Shown here piece after piece: positions 39,866 through 53,538 of a stretch of 64,000 bases of DNA. A model generated the notes under the pieces. It had not been told where the DNA came from, did no database searches, and saw only the letters and a list, made by a program, of their open reading frames with translations. The number at the start of each line of letters is the position of its first letter. The stretch's first letter is position 1. The DNA lies in the NCBI RefSeq assembly GCF_964204865.1, contig NC_135255.1, positions 13,702,001 to 13,766,000 of the forward strand. The letters run 5' to 3'. Source of the stretch: Styela clava. Lineage: Eukaryota. The translations under genes and the position numbers were made by a program.

Positions 39866-40279
39866 TGTCCTGTAAAATTGTTGTGTATTATGAAGTATTT
39901 CTATTTCCAAGCAAATTAAATATGTAAAAATGACTAATTTAAAGCAGATTTCAACATTCAGACCAGTCGCAGAATAGCTTATTTATGTGTAGTATTACGC
40001 AGATAAATGTTTTATAGGGGATAGAGAGGACAATGAGAGACGTCACGCGCTCGGATGTATGGCCTCATTTTTAGATGCTTTCTGACTTCTAAATATATAT
40101 CTAAGGTTGTTATTACAAACCACGCGGTTTTGAACCTGAATATTTGCGTAAACGACATGTTATTTATAACCTACTAATAAAACGTAGCTCAATCTTACGA
40201 ACAAGTTGAATATAATAAGAGCGCATGAATGAATGAACGAACAAGTCACTACTGGTATCGTCGATGAGTCTGTATAGAC

Positions 40280-41676
40280 CAGTGGTTCCCAACCTTTCTG
40301 CACCGGCGGACCGGTAAAACTAAATTAAATGTACTCGCGGATCGGCGGACCGGTAAAAAATTGAAATGACTGGAACAGAAAAGAATAACATATATTTGCG
40401 TAATACAATACATTGTCGGGCACTCAATATGCATCTAGACAAAAACTTAACCTAACACTTAAAAACAGCTCACACGAAGAAAAACTATCAAATGTGGCGG
40501 CCAAAAATTGAAATGGGTGAAACATAACATAATACCATATTATATTTGCGTAATGAAATGCAGTGATGGGCACTCATTATGCGTAAGAAAGGCACATATA
40601 TATAAAACATCTCACATAAAAAACATGTACATGCCAAATCATGTACAAACGCAATTAACTCTAGTGAGAATTTTGCTTCTATTTAGTTTCCAATATAGGA
40701 TTTCAGACGATGCCTCAAGGAAGTTTCTGCAACACGTTTAGCTCTGCAGCGGCGGGCAGCCAATTTCCTCGCTTCGCTTTAATTAAAGCCAGTGATGAAA
40801 ATATTTTTATATATAATTATTGAAAATATGATTAACTCGTTGAAAATACGGACAACAGTTTGATTGCTCGATTACTTAGCGATGGGTATTTGTTATCGAG
40901 AGATATATATCCAAAATTGTGACAGTGATTCTTTTTTTAAATTTGGACTGTAAAGTGGAATCACATTTGAATCAAGCTTTTTCTTTTTCATCTGGTTTAT
41001 CATATTAATCCCTCTGCAGTTGATCGATACTTCAAACGAAATGAATTTACATTACAATGGAAAAGTCGTCGGTAACTTGGCACCAGGCTCAAAATCCTAC
41101 TTTGTCTGCTCAAGATACTGGAAAAGATGTCAGCGGCTCATGCGTTTTTGCGCGCCTCGTGACCACCTGCCGTATTTTACTGGAGTATTATACTTTTCTT
41201 GACTGTTTTCTGGTTTGAACAAAGAAATATGCATAACGTTTTATTTGGATGGTCATATTAATCAGGAAAAGCATGCAGAACAGAAAGAGCACGCGTGCCA
41301 ATTTTCAGGTTTCTGAATCTTGCGAGAATTGATGGAGCGCATTCACGATTAATCGGAGCCGAAAAATCAAAAAGTGTGATTTCTCGGCGCCAAGATGTCA
41401 AGGAAGACGTCGCAATATGACGGCGGAAGAGAAATTGCGTAATACACCAAGGCAACCTCGTCTTCGGTAAAGAGATCGGGGCGCATTCGAGATGAATCGG
41501 TGCCGAAAAAGCGAAAAGTATGATTACTCGGCGCCAAGTTGTCGCAATATGACGGCGGAAGAGAAATTGCGTAATAAACCAACGCAACCTCGCCTTCGGT
41601 ACAGCGATTTAGACGGCATAAAACAACAAAACACCGAAATTTCCCGCGGACCGGCACCGGCGGTTGGGAACCAATG
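40280..41676. mobile_element. About 1.4-kb non-autonomous hAT element with an internal tandem repeat
   Basis: TIRs cagtggttcccaacc and ggttgggaaccaatg. 8-bp TSD gtatagac (40272-40279) / gtatagag (41677-41684). Subterminal gcggaccgg motifs at both ends. Confidence 0.88.
41330..41605 (+). repeat. Two-copy tandem repeat (roughly 135-145 bp unit) inside the hAT element
   Basis: gcgcattc...aatcgg.gccgaaaaa...ctcggcgccaag...gtcgcaatatgacggcggaagagaaattgcgtaata...gcaacctcg.cttcggta occurs twice. It explains the repetitive spurious ORFs at 41258-41845. Confidence 0.85.
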
Positions 41677-42363
41677 GTATAGAGTAGACAACCGAGTTAT
41701 ATCCCAAACCTTCAAAAAACGTAAATCCAAATCAGCCTGGTTCTGTGTCGGCGGCATATTAGAGGTTAGCGAAGATTTCATGAACAAAACGGGAGAACGT
41801 GGGCTACATTACTTCAGTGAACGTCGGTCCAAATTGAGCGGTTGAACTCTTACAGTTCATTTTGTCATTTTCATTTTCTATAAGCCCCACTGTGTTATTC
41901 GGAACACAACATTACCGTTTGTTATTTTATTGTGAGGGTATCCACCAGATTCCTTTATATCAGTAATGGTAGGCCACGTTAGTTAGTCATTTGAGGATCT
42001 CCTATGTTATGCGTGTATTTTTGCGCACGGCTACCTATATCTGTCGCAACGTATCTTTTACTATACTATTTGTCATGTTTATCTTCCCTTGTATATTCTG
42101 CAGAAACTAAAGAAAGAGGTTAACAGGCACATTAATTGTAAATACAGATTGTTGACTGTGCGCTTTACGCGAAACACCACGCTGCTCATACACTGTTGTT
42201 CGTCAAGTGAAGTAATCGGCAACACGCTGTACGACTATTGCTAGGTATATGTCGCAATACCTCGTCGGGGTTATACTCAGACCTGACTAATTTAGTCCGC
42301 TGTTGAAGTGATTTGACAGACATCTTTTGGTCGCTGATAAACTGATACTTAACAGGCTGCAAC

Positions 42364-44971
42364 ATGAAGGTGATTGTGGCTGGTTACCCCAAAACGGGAA
42401 CAAAATCTATGAACTGGGCTCTCACCAGATTGGGTTACAAAGTCTATGATTATCCCGAGAACGTGTACTTGCTGCAGAAGGAATACAAAAAGATATTTAC
42501 ACAAGGCTGGACGACGGAGGATTTCCGAAGAATGTACGAAAATGTTGACGCAGTCGTTGATATACCAGCGTTCTATTTTTGGGAAGAAATTCATAAAGCT
42601 TTTCCCGACGCAAAGGTAGGCCTGGCGATTCGATTTATTGAATGCAATTTTTTAAACTAATTTTTGAACTCCTGGAAATCAAAATTGGCAACTGACCTAT
42701 TCGATTCATACCTAAATTTCGAAATTAAAAACTGATAAATAGCTAGCAAACAACGAAAACGAGCTGATTCTCTGCACACCTGCATGGCTGAAAAGTGAAA
42801 ACCTGTCTAAGTGAACAGTGTCTGAGCGACTGCTAAATTTTCAGTCGTTGCGTCCTTGTCAACAGTGAATTAAGCAAGAGAGTAGATGCTCAGGTAAACG
42901 TTTATTGATAATTCGTCTGGCTAATTTTATTGTTCTTTGAAGCTGCGGCCTTTATCCAAATCGATTTTCCATTTAGTCAACGGCTGTGAAAGTCCGAACG
43001 TTGGCTTTGCATACCAAAATTAATCATTTTCCAAATGTATTTATGCTTTCAATACTTGTTTAGATAATCCTGACCCTGAGAGACAGCGAGGAAGAATGGT
43101 TTCAAAGCATGAAGAATCTCGTTGACGTTGGGGAATCTAATATTGCACTCAGAGCACTTGAGATTTTGTCTCCCACACAAAGAAAGACAATGAGAGATGT
43201 TACCAATTATATGGGCAAGTTTGATTCTTTATTATTAAGTTTTCATTGCATTATATTCAGAGATTCGCAGGTTTCAGTTGATATAATTGATTCCCAACTA
43301 TCATTAAAGAGAGTAATATTCACTATTCAAAAACATCTGTTGATGACCTACCAGGAGATAGTAATTCATTATATATTGCTTAACATAACGGGATCTAGCT
43401 GAAATCAACTACAGTTGAGCGAGTTTGTCAAAATACTCTTAAAGTTTTTTTTTATCATCAAACTATAGGAATAAATCCCCCCCCCCCATACCCATGCTTT
43501 TAATGACAAAGAAGACAATTCAAAATCAATCTGCAGTGAAAATGCACTATCAGTTTCATTCTTTATCGTAAAGGTCCTACAATAATGGGAATTCAGAATC
43601 AGTCAAGTTTGAGACGAAAAGCTCATTTAAATGGATCCATGTTGAAATTAAAGTACCGGAACCATAATTCATCCGTACTTCAGGTTGGTGCTATATAATT
43701 ATTTTGTTTATAGCACAATTTCTTACAATAATAATTCTCGTTTTCCCGTGCCCTTTTTGTATTGACATTTGCTGCAAATTTATTTCATATTTTACATTGG
43801 TATGATTTTGCTAAAAGTACATTCAAGACCAAATAACATTTATAGGACTTGGAATAGAGTAATTAAGTCATCATTTAATACGTACTCATTTTCTATACCT
43901 GTGTGGACTGGGGTATGTAATAAACTGGGCACGTCGATACTACTAAATGATCATTTCAGACCAAGTGAATCCGTCTAGTCTAGGGGTGGGCAAATTACGG
44001 CCAGCGGGCCAGATTCGGGTCGCCGAGGTGTTTCATCCGGCCCACTTGTGCCTGCTGAAATTACGTATTTATGTTTATTTAGGACCTTCAAAGACTTATT
44101 TTGTGTGGCCGCGAAGGCTGCAGCTCATTTCTTTCTTTCTGCCAGTTCATTAATTTCACTTTCATCCAATTATTCTGTCTATACTCACGACACTTGCTAA
44201 ATTTTCAATGCTATTCAATACATCTCCTGCGACATGTAACTATTTCATTACATCAGTGAAACCAACATGCAGGCAATTGTTTATTCATGTTAGTTACTTG
44301 CAAATAAACCGTTTTTCATGCATCTTGAGTTTTGAACGACCAGCCCAGTAACCAATATTATTATTTGTGAGTGGCCCACTTAGGAAGGTAATTGCCCACC
44401 CCCGATCTATGCCGGTACGTTTACCAGCCAATGTTGGAGCAAATTTGAATCATTGTTTCCTAATTTCAATCTAAATACCAAAATGCCACAAACGTATTTA
44501 TTTTTGACTTCTGAATTACAATGCATGTTTGTAAACTCAATTTTAGGGAATTATTTCGAATCAGGCATTAGGTATAATCTGTAAATGCCCCAATGTTATC
44601 TCCATGCCCTGACTGTTTGATTTTCAATGACAATGGTGTATCTGTCTGTATTTTAGAGAGCGCCGAAGGATAAACTACTAGTTTACAAGTGTTCCGAAGG
44701 CTGGGAGCCTCTGTGTAAATTTCTTGGTGTTCCAGTTCCAAAAGAACCATTCCCACACAAAAATAAAGCAGGGAATATTGTCGGCGAGGTTTTGGAAACA
44801 AACGAAATTTTTTTGCGCATGCAAAGGGAATTACTTTTTTCTTCAATAGCTATAATCGCTGGATCCATAACATTAGGGTATTATACATACAAACTTGGGC
44901 CTCTTGGTGTCTGTAAAGGGTTGGTAGAATCAGTCACTGATATGTATGAAAAATTTCCAACATTTTGGTGA
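42364..44971 (+). CDS. P-loop sulfotransferase (Sulfotransfer_4-like) with a C-terminal hydrophobic anchor, 4 exons: 42364-42615, 43064-43214, 43574-43683, 44657-44971
   Basis: MKVIVAGYPKTGTKSM (PAPS-binding loop), DAVVDIPAFYFWEEIHKAFPDAKIILTLRDSEEEWFQS, APKDKLLVYKCSEGWEPLCKFLGVPVPKEPFPHKN, then LLFSSIAIIAGSITLGYYTY. Intron 2 has a GC donor. Confidence 0.9.
43981..44404. mobile_element. hAT/Charlie-type MITE in sulfotransferase intron 3
   Basis: Termini taggggtgggcaaatt and aattgcccaccccc, with cggcc.gcgggcc subterminal motifs. Confidence 0.7.
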
Positions 44972-45090
44972 GATTAATAGCATCACCCCGTAGTAAATGA
45001 ACAAATGTTATTTAAACTTTCATTTTTAATTTGTGGGTAAATCTGATTTGTGAATAAAGTTAATAAAACTCACATTATGGTGCTATATTG

Positions 45091-45355
45091 CAGGGGTGAG
45101 CAAGGTTTTTAGACCACGGTCGCCAAGTAGATTGGCGGACCATGTAAGTGTGACATTTTATGAACAATATTTACAGTGTCACAAAAGAAAAAGTAGAAAA
45201 CAATGAACCTCGTGCCAAAACTAAATGTAATCGCAATCCTAACATATTCCTTGAGCTATTTTTCAAATTTGGTTGTGGCAGCATCAGGCGGGCCAAATTG
45301 AATTGCCCAACGGGCCTGATTTGGCCCGCGGGCCGTAGTTTGCCCATGTCAGTAC
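45091..45355. mobile_element. hAT/Charlie-type MITE downstream of the sulfotransferase
   Basis: caggggtgagcaa at the left end and tttggcccgcgggccgtagtttgcccatg at the right. Its minus-strand spurious ORF GKLRPAGQIR matches the 43981 copy. Confidence 0.65.
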
Positions 45356-46934
45356 TAGAACCACTACAGTTTATTTTTTGTGCCAAGTTTTTGTACAGGA
45401 CCACAACCGGTTCAAAATAGTGACTATAATACGCGAATCTGATGGTGGCCCATAAAGTAGAGGATGTAACAGAAAGCAGCAGAAGGGGACCAGTTTAACT
45501 GAAAGGTGAATGTTTATGTGAGCAATGTTTATTATAAACTAAAAAGCGAATTAGGATCTAACAAAATATTATGAATTTGAACATTTTTCATCAACGTCGA
45601 TTTGCTGCCCGACGGGATGCAGTCGGAATCAATCATACTTGAGTAAGAACAATGACCGGACTGGTTCGTTTCTGATCCGTTTACTTGGACCACAATAAGT
45701 AAATTTACACCTACACTAAATATTTCATTAATATATAAGCAGATACTACTCGGGAATGTTTACGTATTTCTTTATTGAATTTCGATAAGTGGGGCTTTTC
45801 AACTCATCGAATCCACCTATGCTACTGGAATTAGAAATATCCAAAGATCATGAATGATACTTCAATCCAAAATACGTTATGTAGCAACTATTTTTCCAAG
45901 AATCTTAAACTTCAAACTACTCTCATTCTGAATTTTGGTATTCATGGTTCGATAACAATAAATAAATGTCACTAAATTTTTACACAAATATCACATCGCA
46001 ATATCCCACTGTGTGTAGTTGTATTTTTATAATTAATTGGAGCTGAAACATATACTGTTGAGCTATAAAAGCCAGACGTGTATTAATTTTAAATATTACT
46101 AAATGGTAATGATGACATTTATCACAGACGGACTGCTAAGCATAAACTTTTCTTTACTTAATCTTCTAATCTATTACCTCTACTGTCGCATGGAAAATTG
46201 TTCGGAAATTTGAAAGACTTCGTTTTATCTGGAAAGCGCTTTCAGCATCTGAAGTTTGTTAGACATCGTAATTTAAACATGAGACAAATAGTGTATATGT
46301 CTCGAATATTATCGTTGTGCTGTATTTGAATACGATTTATTGGACACGAAATGGACCTATGGAGCTACTTCTAACCTAATCCATTATGATAATGTGTGTG
46401 GTGACATCAGAATTAAAAATAGCGTGTCGTGGTTCCGTGATCACATCTTAGTGATCTGGTGGTAGGACTGGAACAGATTTGATACTACCTTGTTTTGGCT
46501 TTCGTGTCCTTATATTTGAGCATTGATCTTTTGTATTCTTCTTGTGCTATTTTCTATTGATTTTAAAATCCAACATCTGTCAGTATTCGGTAGATGTGTG
46601 CTGCTTAAGGTTGCGTTTTTTTGCGGTTTGTAATAAGCTCTGCTGCACTTACTATGTTATTCACCGCAATCACAAAAATTTTCTTTCAATTTGTGATTTC
46701 GACATATATCTAGTTTATTTTCAATCAAAACCAAAAAACATTGCAATCTTGTCGAACTAAATTAGGGAAACATATGTAATCTAAAAAGAAAACGCATTGG
46801 CACTTTATTTACACAGATACCGGGCTTTCAAGGAACATTAGTTTACACGCAATCATGCATAAAAGGGTTAAAATTCCTATTCATGAGCGTGAAACGAATA
46901 TGCCTTGAATGTCTGGTGACATTGCCAAAGGTAT

Positions 46935-48713
46935 TTAAATATCAGGCATGTCGTAGCCATTTTGGAAGCCCTCGTTTTCCGCATCTTTTACAATCGATTC
47001 TGTTGCCGTGGTTGTGGATTCTTCTGCCTCGGAGACATCCGTTGTGGCATCTGCAGTGGTGAAATCTTCGTCAACTGATGTAGTTGCTTCCGCTTCTGTT
47101 GTACCGCCGGTGGTTTCTTCTGATAAAGTAGTGGCCTCCACCCATTCCTCTGTAGAAGTGGTGGTCTCGCCACCTTCAACTCCCTCAGATGTCGTAGTTT
47201 CATCATCTACAAAAGTCGTGTCTTCTGTTGCAGTAGACTCTGTAGTGAAGTCCATTGCCGTGGTCTCTTCGCTTTGTGTCGTTACTTCTTCTTCCTCATA
47301 TCCATCGGTTTTGCTGCTGCTCACTTCATCGAGAAATTCTTCCAATGTAGCTTTCAGGTTCTGAAATGTATATTTTATGTCATTCATCACTTAAGTAGGT
47401 ATTTGCCGTATAGTTTCGCAATTTTGAACGTTTGAATCAATGTCCACCATTAGGAATCTTTATTATGTCTTGTAAAGCATAGTCATCGATGAGAATTTGA
47501 TGAGAGTGAAACCTAAACCTTTAAATATTTATTAAGGCTATTTGGGATTGCGATTTCAATTTGAATTACCTCAAATAAATAGTTTTACGCATGCGCAATA
47601 ATATGTTTCAGCATAGCTTACAGAAATGTTTAAATTACAGATTGAATCGTTCCAGCGTTTAAAATAGCTGGGCTGATGGCCAAGCAAATTTATTGTTTGG
47701 TTGAAATAGCAATGGGCGGAAACTTATTATAACAAAATGGCAGCGTAAATATGATTCAGTGTTTGACTTGTTTATAGTAAATTGAGTTATAGTTAATTGA
47801 ATAACAAACTCAAATTGAAAACTATCAGACTGTTATTGCCAAAATATCGTAAACTTAGTGTTGGCGTTCTTACTCGCAATCTTGGCGATGCCCTGGGGCG
47901 TATTATTGGTATTTTTGTGCTGATTGTGTGATATGCGTCAGAGGAAATAGACAGCAGTGTTATCATCTTTTCTAGAGAAAGTTTTCTTGGTGTTTTGATT
48001 TGATTGTATTTATTGATAGACATTTATAAAGATATCTATACGATGACTTCATATTGAAAATGCGGTTTGCTCTAATTGCAAATCCAACGCACATTCAAAC
48101 TTTATTACAGATGGAAAACATCAAAGAGAATATACCAGGAATCTCTAAATACTAAAGTAAACGAAGGAAATTAAAATAATTTCACAAAAACTAATTCAAA
48201 TATTAACCAATTTAATTCAAATATTCCCCATGCGAGGATTTTATATATTAACGATACGAATTCAGTATCACAGCAATTTAAATACCGAAACATAATTAAA
48301 ACCTTAATTAATTTCAATTACTAAACCTAGAAATTTTAGCTTACTTCAAACGCCGCAGTTCCATATTGTTCTTCAAAAGCTTTGAAAACCGCGGCCTCAT
48401 TCTAGAGGAAAAGAAGCAAGAATATGATTCATTCATCTGCAACACTAAGCAAAAAATTTAACAATAACAATATACTTGAAGTCCTTAATACAATTCACTC
48501 AGAATATAACATAATTGGAACTATCGCGGTGTTTACATATTAAAGTAAATTATTAATGAAAAATCATAAGCACATAACATTCATTATGAACAAAAGATGT
48601 TGACCGTGGATGTAATCTGAAAATTGTAGTTCAAAACTTACCCCTTCGAGAAATCGTATTGCTTTTCCGTAGACAGTGGCAATGCATAGAGCAACGATGA
48701 TGAAGGTCTTCAT
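46935..48713 (-). CDS. Secreted acidic Thr/Glu-rich (mucin-like) protein, 184 aa, 3 exons: 48713-48642, 48401-48345, 47360-46935
   Basis: Signal peptide MKTFIIVALCIATVYG|KAIRFLEG, two phase-0 GT-AG introns, NEAAVFKAFEEQYGTAAFE-NLKATLEEFLDE, then (E/D)xTT repeats. AATAAA on the minus strand at about 46804-46809. Confidence 0.85.
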
Positions 48714-50304
48714 GTTTACTTGTAAGATTTTTTATTTCTTTTTTGAAAAAACACAATATTTGTTTAACTAAATATAGTTTTTATATTCTTTTCAACGTCT
48801 GAAATCATAACAAATATTGTTAAAGAAAAATTAAGATTAAGAAACCAATCGTTCCTCTGTGGAAATTCAAAACTAAAACGACTGAATCATATTTCTTGCC
48901 CGTGGAACTCTCTTGAACAATGTCGCCACACTGTGAATAACCCAAACGCTGCATCTTTCTACCACCCTAAAAATCGTATGACCCGAGAAAAAATGATGAA
49001 ATATCATATTTTTATTACATGCGTGGGCGATCGTTGGCGATATCACGTCATATATATGTAAGAAAAAATAATCTTGATGTTCTTTCAAACTTATTTTTAA
49101 ATTGGTAACTAGACTCTCAAATTATTATAAAAGTTTTTTGTTTTTCAAAGCATGTTAAAATTCGTCAAAGTATTATTTGCATTTTAAATCCCGTATTATT
49201 CGAAATTATGAAGCCGGCCGCCTGAACGTTGAAGTAACCTAATCTATACCTTGCGTTTAATATCTTTGCGGTGTGTCACTTTACAAAGCTGATAGATAAC
49301 GGCATGACAAAAGTTATTTGATGAAATAAAATCTAAGCCCAAATATAGTTGGACGGACACACAAATCTGTGACGGATTTATTGAAAATTTAGTGATTGCT
49401 TCATCACTATCTTATCACTATCTCCATCAATAAAACACTCTTTCACATCAGTTTTTGATTGTTTCTGTTGGCTTATTCTTCACTTAATTATTTCACGACA
49501 TTTCTTCAATTTCAGCTGTTCGAATATTTCTAGAGCAAAATTACTTTAATCTCTATATATACAAGTAATAAACTTATCTTATATTCTCAAAGTTTCTTTC
49601 CATGTGACGAAAATCATGCGCGTCATCGTCTTAAGATCAATAACAAAAACAGGAAAAGAAGAAGAAAAGTGGTCATGGGATTTTTCATCCTGGAGGAGTA
49701 ATTTTAGACCAGAATTCCACACGTTTTTGCTATATGAAGTCCAATAAATCCCACGGAAAAGATTTCAAATTCTATGTAATTAAACGCCCCGGGCTGGTCA
49801 TGTGTTTATGACAGCATATCTCGCCTCCTCCGTTTTTGCGTGTAAAAGTTGAATCATTTACTCACAGGCACTTGAAATGGGTTTGACAATTAGCCATTAT
49901 AATATAGACAACTTTGAATTTGAATAGTGTAACTGCAAGTTGAATATAATTTAAACAAAAAGACAAATGGAACAAGGTGCTGGGACTAAAATAGATTTCG
50001 TTACTGAACGTAAATAACAATTTACGCTCAATCTTCAGAAATTTCAAACATGCTAAATTTACTCGAACAAGCAAGTTAGTTTATAATTAAATGAACTCTA
50101 AAATAGAAACGCGTCATTTGTACAACGTAATTGATTACGTAATCGTTAAATTTATCTCAAAGGTACATCAGTGCGATATGGTTTCATTCGGGAAAAAGTT
50201 GAAGAAAACTAACAATTCTTTATACCACTTCATCAAGCAAAAGCATATTAAGCATTACGTTATAAAGTATATATATTATTTCATTTTTCATCAATTATTT
50301 ATTT

Positions 50305-50565
50305 CGAATGATTGTGATGAATACTCTTTCCACACATTATTTTTTCTTAACACAAGAATTTTTTCTCACCTTGATATGCAGTGCCAAAAGTACTCCATAG
50401 ATAGCAAAAGCATATTAAGCATTATGTTATGAAGTATATATATATTTTTTCATAAACTGAATACTTGAAATAATCGTGATGAATACGCATGTTTATTTTC
50501 TACACATCATTCTATTTTTCTTAACACGAGAATTTTTTGTCGCCTTGATATGCAGTGCCGAATGT
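50305..50565 (+). repeat. Diverged local duplication (spacing about 165-175 bp)
   Basis: gtgatgaatac...acacat...tttttcttaacac.agaattttt...ccttgatatgcagtgcc occurs twice. Confidence 0.7.
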
Positions 50566-53538
50566 AGACCATAAATGGTAGCTTGCTTCGAATTGTTAAA
50601 TATTTCGTGTTGTTACATCTCTCGTTGAATAAGCACGTAGACACTTTTAAATAACGCCATCAAGTTGACGCCATGCAAGACCATGAACTAAAATTTAGTG
50701 AAACTACTGAAAAGTTAGTAGTTGTTGTTGTTCATGTAGCTTATTTAATTTACAACATAAATTATCTCAATTGAATATTGTTCATTTTTCATGAAAATAA
50801 AACGGTGGTAAAATGTAATAATTTTGGGGAATTTTCCGCTATTGCACTCATATCGTCAATTAGACCTTGCTAATTGTAGAAATTAGGAACTTGAAAAACA
50901 TTCTATGATCCTGATTACATTTTATCTTTGCTTGATGAAATGCCAATTTTACATCGATGACACGCTCCAAAGTACTAAATTAATTTAATTGGTTTCCGTT
51001 TGGAGCCTAAACGCCGCGGGATAAAAAATCACAGTTCAGTCATCATGATCAACATTCTTCGATGATGATTCTTATATATTCAAAGAATTGCCAACAGAAA
51101 AACAAAATTATCAAATGATAAAAGTTATTGTAATTTGTATACTTTATTGTACAAGAAATGGACATATTGGTTGAGTTGTTGGATTGTTGTAATTTTTTCT
51201 TAATTGTCGCGAAAAATCACATTACTATATATGAGTAATCAACCAATCCAATCAATTTTAAATTTCCAATACTTAATTAAAGCTAGAAGACTATTACTTT
51301 CATTTTCAAATTTCTGTGAGTCATATATATATACTTCATCCTGAATTCTGTCGTGTTTTATTTCAGGGGCACACCTTAGGGTGGCATTCGGTACAGTTTA
51401 TTTTAAGATCTGGATGTAATTTGCTGATATTGTGACGGATATCATATTCGTCAATTGACTTCCGGTTCCATATATTGCTCTTGAGCACAGATTGGTATTA
51501 CAATATACTATTTTTATAATCCACGAGCACACCTCAATACAGCTTTCATTACATTTCGTTCATATTTGGCAAGAGTTTGCGGATATTGCGGCGGTCATAT
51601 TCGTATTTTGGTGTCTGTATATTATTCTTAGTCATTAATTGGTGTTATACCGAATTCATCAACCCATTTCGTCCTACTTAATGTAAAAGGTAAATATATA
51701 ACAAAAACTTTCTTACATTTGGTAGTTTCCAAATTTTTTATTGTCTGTGATCTTTTGTGTGTGACTAACGTAATTTCGTTCTTATAAGACATATAAAAAT
51801 GGAAATCCCGTGATTAGAAATATTACTTCCTAAATATTGTTGTCGCGTTTAATCATTGGTTTGAAGAAACTGGCCGACTGAATTGAAAATTAACTTGAGT
51901 ATATTGTCATAGCAATGGCCTTTCTTTTGATATTCATAATACAAATTGAGTGCGAAAATGAAGCATGGCAAACTTAAAACCAAAAATGTTTCAGAGTATA
52001 AATCGGTGTTTTTAATTTTAAAATAAAATAACATGAGCTCAATTATTTAGAAACGAAGGTCAAAAGGCTACCACAATGCCCGTAAAATTGCAGCCAAATG
52101 TTAAAATAAGTAACAAATGTCATATGAAGATGTATAAGACGAAGATATATAAGCTGGCGTAGAATTAATGCAAAATTTGAAAAATAAATACCCTCTAGCG
52201 ACATCTTCCGTCCGTATTTACTCAAAATTTGATATAGATAGATGGCTATAGCAAAGCAACACGAATATTTTTATAACACAAACAATTGCGCCAACGAAGG
52301 CAATAGCTTCAATTTTGCAAAACGATTCAAAAAATTTTGTCTCACAGTGCCGAAAAAAATTGTCGGCCGCTTTTCTCTACTCTGAAATTTCCAGTGGTTA
52401 AAGATTGTAGTTGTCGCTCGAAAGGTATTACTTTATATAATATATTTCAAAAATTTCATGAGGGCTCTATAGGATTAGTTTTTCAATTTGAAGTTTTGTG
52501 TGATGACGTCATCTCTTGTTTCATAAAACGTTGCAACAGAGTTGCAGTAACAGTTATCGGATCATTTATGTTGGACTAGAAAAATTGAACTCATAGATAG
52601 CGTATTGGCGCAAGATGATCCAAATGGCTCATAGAGCCGTGTGCAGCTCTAGCGGTTGACATTTGTGTTGCAATACGATGTAATAAAAATAAAACAATGT
52701 ACATAGTTTATTTCTCATTGCCTATGTTTCAGGTAATTCGGTCTTTTATGCTGTTCTTCGGAAGTGTATTGTCTTTCAGGTTTCAATAGATAAATGACAC
52801 GTAGTCAACACAAGACAAAACTTTTGATAAAGTTTTATTGTCTTCACTCTTCCATTTCATCTTTGTTCTTTGGTATGTCATGGTATTTATAGATATTCTT
52901 CTTCAATGATTTTTTCCAATCACCCTGTGTTATCCTTTGTTCATTTTCATTATATTTTATTTATGACAGAATGGTTTGCGTAGCAGAGGAAAGGGTGGGT
53001 GGGTTTATGGCGGTAGGAAGTAGAAGACTTGATTAAGCCCCAGGTTGAATTATTGCTAAGTAGTAAACTAATGATCCTATTTTAGTAGTGTTAGTGCAAG
53101 CAAGTTGGCCCGTGCGCCGTACTCACATTGCTAGACAATAGTATTTTTTTTTAACTCTATCCTTTTTAATTGAAGAAAAGTGGTAGCATATTTTGAATCC
53201 AATTCCTAGTCGATTTACGCACCTGTTACCGGATTCGGCAAATGTTATAGCGTGTATCAAACACTCAATGCGCTGTCTTTGAATGTATGTATCATAATTT
53301 ACACTTTTCTTTTGAGTAAAGAACTGAGATTGATGAGAAAAAACCTGTGAAAAATGTATATATATATTTCTTTACTCACCCGAGTCAGTATTTGCACTAT
53401 AACTATTACGGTGAACCCAATAGTACTACCATATCGCTCAAATGGAATTGGGAATACTTACTCTGTCAAGATTTATAACATCAGAATAAAAAATATATAT
53501 TTCAGTTTTTATCGAAAAATTTATTAACATAACAAAAA

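Noticed and set aside
41330-41605. Direct repeats considered as a CRISPR-like array
   Set aside because: Eukaryotic context, only two long units with no unique spacers, and located inside a hAT element.
51350-52960. Coding-like purine-rich patches on the minus strand
   Set aside because: Stops in the frames examined and no identifiable homology; cannot support a pseudogene call.
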